From: Proteromonas lacertae
Lineage: Eukaryota
Direction: 5' to 3'
Length of the DNA stretch: 20,000 nucleotides
NCBI GenBank assembly: GCA_002245135.1
Contig: NGBS01000616.1
Span: forward strand, 54,016 to 74,015
Below, piece by piece: positions 1-9,563 of this stretch. The notes under the pieces were generated by a model. That model did no database searches and was not told where the DNA came from. It worked only from the letters and a program-made list of their open reading frames with translations. The position numbers and the translations under genes are program-made. The first letter of the stretch is position 1, and the number at the start of each line of letters is the position of its first letter.

Positions 1-2
1 GT

Positions 3-518
3 CAACAACCATTGTCACGTCCTATAGATATACCTCCAACACCTTCAACAAAAATGGAAGAAGAAAGATCAGAAGCTTCACCTGAATTAGATGATTCACT
101 ATATGCTTTAAATATACTTAGTGATATGGCTGAGCAGTTCTCAAACAGTGATAATCAACAACAACAACAACAGCAACAACAACAACAACAACAAATTAAC
201 AAACAACAAATGAGCCAACCAACAAATGAACAAATGAATGAACAAATAAAACAACAACAACAAATTCAACAACAGATACAGCAACAAATACAGCAACAAC
301 AGAATGGTATACCTTTACAGAAGCTACAGCCAGCAAAGCCTAGACAACCAAGAAGAGTATATGAGACTTGCTCAACATGTAATCAACATAAACCTCTTAC
401 AGAGTTTACTCTAAAGAGAACTGGAGAGCATACTCATACATGCAAAGTGTGTAGTGAAAGAAAAAAGAATTATTACAAAAGGAATATTGTGAAAAAGCAT
501 AAAAGAGGTGAGTATTAA
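3..518 (+). CDS. Partial (5'-truncated) glutamine-rich protein with C-terminal CxxC...CxxC putative zinc-binding motif and basic tail
   Basis: Frame is open from position 3 (CAA CAA CCA TTG...). It contains polyQ/QQQI tracts, then CSTCNQHKPLTEF...CKVC followed by RKKNYYKRNIVKKHKR. A possible 29-nt intron at 508-536 (GTGAGT...TAG) would move the stop to ~571. Confidence 0.7.
   Translation, partial: QQPLSRPIDIPPTPSTKMEEERSEASPELDDSLYALNILSDMAEQFSNSDNQQQQQQQQQQQQQINKQQMSQPTNEQMNEQIKQQQQIQQQIQQQIQQQQNGIPLQKLQPAKPRQPRRVYETCSTCNQHKPLTEFTLKRTGEHTHTCKVCSERKKNYYKRNIVKKHKRGEY
156..302 (+). repeat. (CAA/CAG)n polyglutamine microsatellite and QQQI repeats
   Basis: caacaacaacaacaacagcaacaacaacaacaacaacaa at ~156-194, followed by repeated caa caa caa/cag ata units. 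Confidence 0.9.
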
Positions 519-592
519 ATTTATAGGTCTTTATAGGCGAATTATATAACGTGTCGATGTTTATAAAATAATATAGTTTGCTTTTCATTAGT

Positions 593-600
593 TGTTTGTT
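593..600 (+). promoter_or_regulatory. TGTTTGTT putative 3'-end/polyadenylation motif (Blastocystis type)
   Basis: Exact TGTTTGTT downstream of the first gene's stop; this motif is known to lie just downstream of poly(A) sites in Blastocystis. Confidence 0.45.
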
Positions 601-794
601 GGGTTCTTTAGGTTTAAACTTGGAGGGAAAAGGGAATCATTCTCAAAGAGTGTTTATTACTATATATTTGAATCCTATATTTCACATGTGAAGCAACTGT
701 TAAAAATCTTTCGATGCCATTGGCTATAAGACGAGAAAAATGAGTTTTTATTATTAGGAACAAAAACGAACAAATATTTTGGAATAACAAAAGC

Positions 795-1814
795 ATGGAT
801 GAAGAGGAACTAGAAGAATGGAAACTGCGTCTTCAATCTCAGATTGAATATTATTTTTCTGATAAAAATTTAAAGAATGATAAATACATAAGATCAAAAC
901 TAAATAGTGAAGAACAATTCCCTATAATAGAATTAGTCCATTTTCCAAAAATTCAAGTATAATGAATAGTCATAAATGTATATAGAAATTATGCGAAGAG
1001 AAAGATTCTGATTTGACAGATGAACAGAAAGTATATATAATTGTTGTTATATATAATAGATTGAGGAAATAGTCAATTCAGTTCAGGTATAATATTGCAT
1101 ATATTATCAAAGCATTCACATTTATTAATGGTTGACTCAACAAAACAATACATTTATAGAGTAATCCCATTTAATTTAGAATCTACCATCATTCAATATC
1201 GTCCAGAGTGTTGTATAATAGTTAGAAACATAGCGCCAGAAGTAACAAAGCTAATTTTGTGGGATCTAATGATACAAGCAGGTCCAGTAGCTAAAATATC
1301 AATTCCAGGCGCATCAGCAGATGTATTAAAACGAGTAGCAAATGTGCAATTCATACATCAAGTAACAGCTGAAGTATATTTTATTAATTAATATTATTAT
1401 ATATATATATAGTATGCATTTCGTTTATTTAATGGTATTTCATTATTTGACCAACCATTACAAATAGAAATGATGAAGCCAATACAATGTGAGACTGGTG
1501 CTGCTTTATTTATTAGGCATTTACCTCCATCATTTAATGAAAATTCCTTATATGAAATATGTATGGAATATGGCTATGTAACTTCAGTTTCTATTACAAG
1601 AGAACCAAGTGGTGCTTCTAAATGTTTTGGATTTGTGAACTTTAGATTGAGAAGTGAAGCTGATTTAGCTGTATTTATTATTAGTTTATTGCTTTTATAG
1701 ATGAAAAAGTTGAATGAAATGAAAACATGTTTGGCTGTTCATTTGACAGAAAGAGCACAGAGAGAAAGAGATATGGACAATCCAGTAAAACCACCACAAC
1801 AGCCAATACCATAG
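795..1814 (+). CDS. La-motif + two RRM RNA-binding protein (~288 aa, 6 exons)
   Basis: ATG at 795. La motif signature LQSQIEYYFSDKNLKNDKYI...FPKI. Introns 957-985, 1031-1059, 1087-1112, 1374-1412 and 1671-1700 splice in frame. RRM1 contains LWDLMIQAGPV...YAFRLFNGISLFDQP; RRM2 contains ALFIRHLP...SKCFGFVNF. Stop TAG 1812-1814. Confidence 0.85.
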
Positions 1815-1965
1815 CATATCCCTTTATTCTTGCTGTTAAAGAATAGTAACATTTATTTAATTTTGTTATCTTGTTATTATTGTCTAATTGTTTTGTATTG
1901 TATAGTAGAACATCATTTCATTATTGCTTTGGTAAAAGTAATCATTCTATAATCATTTTTTAACA

Positions 1966-1987
1966 TCAAGCCAATAATCTGGCTTGA
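1966..1987. promoter_or_regulatory. TCAAGCCA-N6-TGGCTTGA inverted repeat upstream of POP
   Basis: Perfect 8-bp arms at 1966-1973 and 1980-1987. The same GGCTTGA word occurs at 15330-15351 (tandem, - strand) and 17693-17699. Confidence 0.5.
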
Positions 1988-2007
1988 GATAATAATCTCT
2001 TTTTTAA

Positions 2008-4437
2008 ATGTTTATAAATAGAAATATTAGTAAACTTATTTCTAGATATCATTATATTCATACTATACAAAGAAATTTTTCTCTTAAAAATGTAACAATT
2101 GTAGATACAGTCGATAAAGCCAAAGAAATTGTTGAAAAGGTATTATAATACTATATATGCATTAAATGTGTATAGTTACAATCTATGACAGATGAGATTC
2201 ATGCATGTGATACAGAAACAACAAATTTTGATATGACAAAAGGTCCTTTAGGTATATATTATTTGTATATATATATTGAATAGTTGGTGGAGGTAAGATA
2301 ATATGTTTCTCTATATATTGTGGTCCTCAACATAATTTCGGTTCTGGTTCAAGACTATGGATAGATAACTTATCAAATGATTTAATTCCAATATTCAAAC
2401 CATACTTAGAAGATCCAAATATACCTAAAATATGGCATAATTACAGTTTTGATCGACATATGTTTTGGAATCATGAAGTAAATGTGTTAGGTTTTAAAGG
2501 TGATACAATGCATATGACAAGATTAATGGATAGCTCAAGACTTAAGAATGGAGGATATAGTTTGGAATCAGTTAGTAATGACTTTTATATAAGAAAAAGG
2601 CCAATGAAAGAGATATTTTCTGTTGCTAAATTAAAGAGAGATGGAACTCCAGGAAAAGCTACATTTATTCCACCGACTGTAGAATTACAGACAGATCCAA
2701 AGTATAAAGATGAATGGATAGAATATAGTGCATTTGATGCTGAATCTACTTGGCATGTTTATCAAGAGATTAAACAGAGATTGATGAATATGGAATGGAG
2801 TAAAGAGAAAGATGAGAATGGAAATGGAAATGTTAAAAAATTGACAATGTTTGATTTTTATGAAAGATATTTTGTTCATTTTGGTGGAATTGTTAACGGA
2901 TATGGAAAGAAATGGTGTCAAGGTATATTATAATAATAATATATTGTGTTATAGTTAAATACTAAATATTTAGGATTAATGGAAATAGAAGCAAGAAAAG
3001 ACTTAAAGAAATTGGATGAATTATTTAGAGATTGGATTAAAAAGTTTACAGGAGATGAAACAAAGTATTTAAATCTATCAAGTGCATCACAAAAACAACA
3101 TTTATTATATGCTCCTTATTCTAATAAGTTTGATGAATCGGATGTTGTACCAAAAGAAAGACTTTTCAAAATTGAGAATACTGAAGGAATAATAGAAGTA
3201 TATATATATATTATATTCTTCATAAATATTATATATTAAAATAGCCTGGTAAAAAGAAAGCGCTTAAAAATCGAAAGCATGAAACTGGTTGGATTAGGAA
3301 TTCCTCCAATAGAATATAGTAAAAGTGGTTGGCCAAGTGTAACCTCAGACACTTTAAGTCATTTAGCAGGAAATATTAAGAAAGAGAAATATGGTCCAGT
3401 TTATACACATTTTGGTGGTGGTGAAGAAGGTAAAAAAGCTTGTGTAGCGATTGATGCATTATCTAAATATGGATCAATAGAAACAATGATTGGTAGTTTC
3501 TTACAACCATTACAGTCAATGGTGGATAAAAATAGTAGAGTACATGGTTCATTTAATTTAAATACAGAAACTGGTCGTTTATCATCTCGCAATCCTAATT
3601 TACAGAATCAACCTGCTTTAGATAAAGATAAATATTTTGTAAGAAAAGCATTCACATGTGATGATGATCATATATTAATTGTATCAGATTATAGTCAGTT
3701 AGAATTGAGAGTATTAGCGCATATGACAAACTGTAGATCAATGTTAGATGCGTTTCTCTTAGGAGGTGATTTTCATAGTAGAACCGCGTATGGTATGTAT
3801 GATAATATTAAAGAAGCTGTTGCACAAGGGAAAGTGAGATTAGAAACAGGTGCAGATACTGATCCAAATATACCAACAATAAAAGATGTATTTGCATCAG
3901 AAAGAAAGAAAGCAAAAGTCATTGAATTTTTCAATTGCTTATGGTAAAACTGCAAGAGGATTAGCAAAAGACTTTGGTGTATCAGTACAAGAAGCTCAAG
4001 GGACATTAAATAAATGGTATAAAGATAGACCAGAAGTGAAAGAATGGCAAGAAAAAACAATACAATATGCTCATCAAACTGGTTATACAAGAACATTAAT
4101 GGGAAGATATAGAAAATTACCACATATCAATAGCAAAAGTGCTGGTGTAAGATCACATATGGAAAGAGCTGCTATTAATACTCCAATTCAAGGCGGTGCT
4201 GCTGATATAGTTATGATGGCTATGTTGAAAGTACATCATGATGAAAGAATTAGAGAAAAGGGATATAAAATGGTTATTCAAGTTCATGATGAGATTATGA
4301 TGGATGGACCAGAAGAGTATAAAGATGAAGTATTAAAGATGGTGAAAGAGGATATGGAACATCCATTTAAAAAGGACTTATCAGTTGCTTTAACAGCTGA
4401 TGCAAATTATGCTAAAACTTGGTATGAAGCTAAGTAA
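2008..4437 (+). CDS. POP: POP-type (plant/protist organellar) family A DNA polymerase with 3'-5' exonuclease and N-terminal organellar presequence; three apparent +1 frameshifts
   Basis: Motifs: HACDTE (ExoI), IICFSIYCGP, WHNYSFDRH, DTMHMTRLMDSSR, YSAFDAESTW, TETGRLSSRNPNLQNQPALDKD, DYSQLELRVLAH (motif A), GGDFHSRTA, ERKKAKV/LNFSIAYG (motif B), ERAAINTPIQG, QVHDE (motif C), C-terminal WYEAK-stop. Introns 2140-2175, 2252-2283, 2923-2954, 3198-3244. Confidence 0.93.
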
Positions 4438-4622
4438 ATATATTGTTATTAACTTTGTTATTTATAATAGTTTTTTTGTTACTATTTTTGAATTATCAGA
4501 AAATAATAATTATATATTATAATAGATAATATAATGTAATTAAAATAAATAACTTCATCAATTTAATATCATAAAAAGGAAAATTTTAACGACTAACTGT
4601 AAACTATATTATTAGTTTAGGA

Positions 4623-7600
4623 TTAATTTTCTGTTGATATATTCTCAAATGTCCTGTTGTTGTAGAAGTAATGATAATATGACCAATTTTTGTTCTTACA
4701 GGTTGACCAAATGTATTTGTTAATGTAACTGGATGTCTATATGTTGTACACCATCGATCAATTGACTAAATAAATACATTAATATAAAATATACACTTCC
4801 TGGTAAAAACAAAGCACAAGTCAGATTTTCTGATTCAGAAACAACTGAAAACTTCTCATATGAACTATTTGTATTCTTTTTACTTCTACTCCAACAAGAA
4901 TAAGGCTTTCTAAAACAATTATCAGTTCTCCAAATAAAACTATATATATATATATATAAACAATTATATTTATATTTATATAAATACATTTCACCTGTTT
5001 CTGAACAAGTTATTACATGTTCATAACTATCATCAAATGAAGCAATAAACTTCAAATGATCAATAGAAGCACCTTTTATCTTAGAAATCAATGAATAATT
5101 ATCACCTCTTAACAACCTAATACGAGAATCATTTGAAGTTAATAATATATCATAAACACTACCAGATGGACGAAAATCAAATCCAGTAATTTTTCTACCA
5201 TCAGAATACTTACCTCTTGCATTTCTACAATCAATTTGTGTGTAAAACTGTAAATTTTCAGCTTTATAAAAGATAATTCTTCCATTTGCTAAACCCGCAA
5301 TTACAAATTCACCTGTTGGATAATACACTGAACAGGTAAGTGGAGATGGTGTTTGAACCCATCTTACTACTTCTCCTTCAGGTAATTTCCATATTTTAAG
5401 TGTTTTATCAGAACCACCAGTTAAGAAATATGAATTATCTTTAGGATGAAAACAAACAGAAATTATATTATTCGATCTTGAAAAAACAAAGGAATAATCA
5501 GTTTTCTTTAAATGCCATAATCTCAATGTATTATCTGTTGCTGCACTTAATAAAAATAGATTCGTTGACCAAGCCAAATCAATGATTTGACCAGAATGAC
5601 CTGTAAATACTCTATAAGGTTGACTATCAAACAAAGCCTTTGGTACTTCAGATATTATTGTATTTTTAACTAAATTCCAAATTGTTATAACACCATGCTT
5701 TCCACCTGTAGCTAAATAATCACCATCACTACTAAATTTCATTACAAATATCACATCATTATTCAAATTAATCTCTTGTAAGATTTCAGGTTTTACAAAT
5801 TCATGTAATATTTTCTTATTAACTTTCACTTCTGGTTGTTTTACTTCTACAGGTAATACTTCAATCTGAGTATCTACACTAGATGTTGAATTTTTAACCA
5901 TATTATTACCATCATTATTATTGATATTGGTTGTATTAGTGTTTATATTTTCTAAGGTTCGTTTTGGTTTGAGTGCAAATGATGATGAGGTTGGTCGAGG
6001 TGATGCATTTATTGGATTCTTTCGAGTTATATCTAATTCAAATAGATTTAATTTAGTGACTATTAATGGATCTTTATTCTCAGTTTGTAATTGTGTTTTC
6101 ATTCTTCTTATTCCTTGACATATTAATGAGATTGTCTTATCTGATACTACTGGTACATTTAACAAAGGTTTATTGTTTAAATCAAAACTTATGTTATTCA
6201 ATAATATTGTTATTATTCCTTCTACACCTATATAAAACTGTTCACTTACACCACCATCTGGTAATACTATACTTCTATCTATTAAATTACAAAACCGTTC
6301 TAACTTCTCTTCTATTGACAATGGCTGGATTAATATTCTTTCAACTTCACTATTCTGTTTATCAGGTGTTATTAATGATTTGAAATAATTGTATAATTCA
6401 ATATCAACTTCTATTATTGAATGACTATCTAAGGATGTTCTTGATTTTGGTTTTCTTGCTGTTTCACTCCCAATATATTCCAATAGATGTTGAGAGTTTG
6501 GTATAAAATCAACAGAGGAAGATGATATATTATTATTATTATTATCACCTGTAGTAACAGTTGTTGTTGTAGCAGTGGCTGTTGTATTTCCATCAGTAGA
6601 CAGTATTGTAGTGGTTGAAGTGATTTTATTATTATCAATAGATGTTGTAGTTGTAGTGTTACTTATATTGGGTAATATTATTAAAGGTAAAACATTGGAA
6701 GTACTTCGATCAATATTATTACTATTATCAATAGATATACCTGTTGCAGTAGATGATGTTGCAGTTGTGGATGAGGATGTTGACAGATTATTAGTTGATT
6801 CATTCTGTCTCAATAACAATGGATGTACTGGTTTAGGACGGTTTGCATTATTATTATTATTATTATTAGCACCAGCTGAAGTATGTTTAGGTTTTGGAGG
6901 TGGTTCAATATTATCTTCAGGTAATTGAGGCATTGTAAATACAGGTACAACAGGTATTGATATCTTACCATTATTCTGAATAGATATACTACCTGAACCA
7001 GAGATTGGTCTAGTAATAGGAGTATTGCTGTTATTATTATTATTATTATTATTAATATAATGAATACTACCTGATCTATGTTGAAATGGAGTATGGTTTG
7101 ATAATGGTGTTCCAGTGTTATTACTATTATTCATATTGAATGTACTAGAAGGTAATGATGAGGTTGAAGACGATAATACAATGTTATTATTAGTGGTAGT
7201 ATCTGGTATAGATGGTAATGAATTATTTGATGGTGGTTTGGGAATATTGACATGTGATATTGGTGTTTCTGGTGGTGTAAATGCTGTTGATGATGCATTG
7301 GATGTTTTTCTTTTAGATGGTTGTTGTTGATGTAATATTGTTGTAGTCATACCTGAACTGGAGAGATTGTTGTTATTTGGATCTAATAAGGCTGATGTTT
7401 GAGAATCTCTTTCATTAATTGTAGATGTACTGGTACTTTCGGTAATTGTTGCCATTGTGGAGATGACTTGATGGTTTTGAGGTTGTTCTTCTAGTTGTTG
7501 TTGTTGTGGTGGTGGTGGTGCTGGTAGTGTAGTAGATTGAGTAATTGATTGATTTGAATTTGGTTTGAGTGGTGAACTGTTTAATGATTGAGATGATGAA

Positions 7601-8138
7601 GCAGATGGAACATATTGATTGGTGCTTAGATTATCAGTTGAATTGATAGGCGTCATGAAAGAATCAGTTGACATTGAATGATTTGGTAGTGACGATGATG
7701 TTAATGTGTCATCAGATGGGCATGGTGTATTGAAACTAGAACTATCATTATTCTGCTCATTATTTTTTAGAAAATGTGGTAAATCTGGTAATTGAATATG
7801 AGGTTCATCATCTGAAGCTTTAGGTGTTGCATTATTACTACTTTTGAGGAAGTTGTATATTGTTTGACTGTTTGAGCTAGCTACTGGTGAATTTCCTGAT
7901 TCATCTGATTCAAAATCCTAAAAACATATTTTATAAATATTTAAATATACAGTTTTACGAAAATTTGTGTTGTTATCTAAATAAAACAATAAAACACTAA
8001 AATATACCATATCTTTGAGGATGAGGTGCACTAAACCTATTATTATTTGTTTGTGCTAAATCATCTTGCCCTAGAATTTGTATTGCTATTATTACTTATA
8101 GTATATTGTTTATAATCATCATACCTTGATGAATTCAT
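4623..8138 (-). CDS. WDR44: WDR44-like (Rab11-binding protein family) WD40 protein with long S/T/N-rich low-complexity N-terminus
   Basis: C-terminal WD40 blocks GHSGQIIDLAWSTNLFLLSAATDNTLRLW, FHPKDNSYFLTG, FYTQIDCRNARGKYSDGRKITG and LLTSNDSRIRL match WDR44. Short introns near 4766-4794, ~4940-4988, 7918-7950 and 7977-8007. Spliced end HIIITSTTTGHLRISTEN-TAA at 4623. The start at 8138 needs one +1 correction at ~8069. Confidence 0.88.
6517..7200 (-). repeat. (AAT)n poly-Asn and Thr/Ser low-complexity tracts inside WDR44
   Basis: ttattattattatt runs at ~6530, ~6848 and ~7031 on the + strand. Confidence 0.85.
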
Positions 8139-8300
8139 CTTTAAAATGTGTTTAATTGACAAGGATTTTTATATAACTACTGCAAATAATATATATCCCT
8201 TTCTAGCTTCGAAGAATTAATCGAAAAGAAACTTCTCAAGCAATTTCAAACTTTTTGGGGTTACGAAAAAAATATTTAGACATTATAATGATTAAAGGAA

Positions 8301-9423
8301 TTAATATATACTCCACACAGCTATTCTACCACTACGACTACCTGCACATATTAAATTAGATTTTGAACTCATAGTCAACGCAGTGATTGAATCATCGAAA
8401 TAAAGTAAATTGGCTAAAGGTTTCATGTTTTTCATCTGGTAAACTCTAATCATTCCATCCCAGCCACCAGTTGCAAATATTTTATTGTCATATCTTATTT
8501 TTATTGAAGAAATTCCTTGATGAGGAATTGAAACATTTTTTATCAACTCACTTTTCTTCTATTAAAATATATATGAATAATAATAATAAATACACTTTGA
8601 TAATCAAGTATATTACAGTAAATATTAGTTGAAGCACCTCCACTAACAATCTTATCAAGTGAAGGAGTAGGCGATATATCAAAGGATATACAAGTCTCTT
8701 TCTCATTTGTATAATTAATTATGAAAGTTTCACTCTTCACATCATAAACATATATCGATCCATCTTCATTAGATATGTAAATATAATCAGTTCCATTCAT
8801 TATTGACTCTTCATATTTAGTATACATTATCATTCCTGTAGTTGATGGTAATTCAATGTGTTTTACAACTGATTTATTTCTTATATCAAATATTGATAGC
8901 TATTTATATTATATTACTTATATGAAAATTATTATACTTCATGATTACTATTTGTTGGAGTAATAAAGAGTGAAGAATTTCCTTCTTTATAACAGCATTA
9001 TAACATATTTATATAAATATATACGAGAAGAATGATAAACGCATGGAGGACAAAATGATAATGATTCTACTTCTACTTCATATTCTTTACTACCACTTTC
9101 AATATCATATATTCTTATATATTCATCTTTTCCATTACTAATTAAGGATTTATTATTCAACATATCAAAACCTATCATTCCAATACTATGACAATTCTAT
9201 TCAAATAACTATAACAACTTCATTCATACATCTATTCTATTCATTAATTTGTAATTTGTTAAGTTATAAAATAAATAACTTCCCGAATTAGTACTATTCT
9301 ATGTTATTGATAAAAATACCTTTCGATTAACAATGAATTATTACCTTCTACTGTTTTCAAACAACTTGGAGAACTTGTTTCATTTCGAATTACAAACACA
9401 GGATCAGGAGGTGGTTTTGGCAT
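8301..9423 (-). CDS. GNB1L: GNB1L/Asa1-like WD40 protein (multi-exon)
   Basis: N-terminus MPKPPPDPVFVIR and C-terminus GISSIKIRYDNKIFATGGWDGMIRVY...KPLANL...GSRSGRIAVWSIY match the GNB1L family. The ORF fragments 8987-9178, 8543-8833 and 8301-8546 are joined by short GT-AG introns. Confidence 0.85.
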
Positions 9424-9563
9424 TGTTTTAATAAATTTCAATTTTATGGTTATTCAAAAATTGTTTCAATAACCAAATTCATTTATTCGTTTCAAAATAC
9501 AAAAAACAAAAAATAATGAATAAAATATGTTATATTAGAATATGAATAATAGATGTAAGTGTC

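Noticed and set aside
1812..1950. Possible TAG readthrough extending the La/RRM protein with a hydrophobic tail
   Set aside because: The downstream sequence is a T/TG-rich 3'UTR-like tract, and there is no independent support for readthrough.
2460..4437. Bacterial or phage polA acquired by horizontal transfer
   Set aside because: It has spliceosomal introns, a presequence and POP-specific motifs (DTMHM.RL.DSSR, NQPAL.KD, GGDFHSRTA), so it is a eukaryotic organellar polymerase.
5921..7330. Hydrophobic + strand ORFs (5921, 6066, 6575, 7115) and similar ones at 10346-11806 and 14113-15083
   Set aside because: They are antisense shadows of low-complexity or AT-rich coding regions with no recognisable domains.
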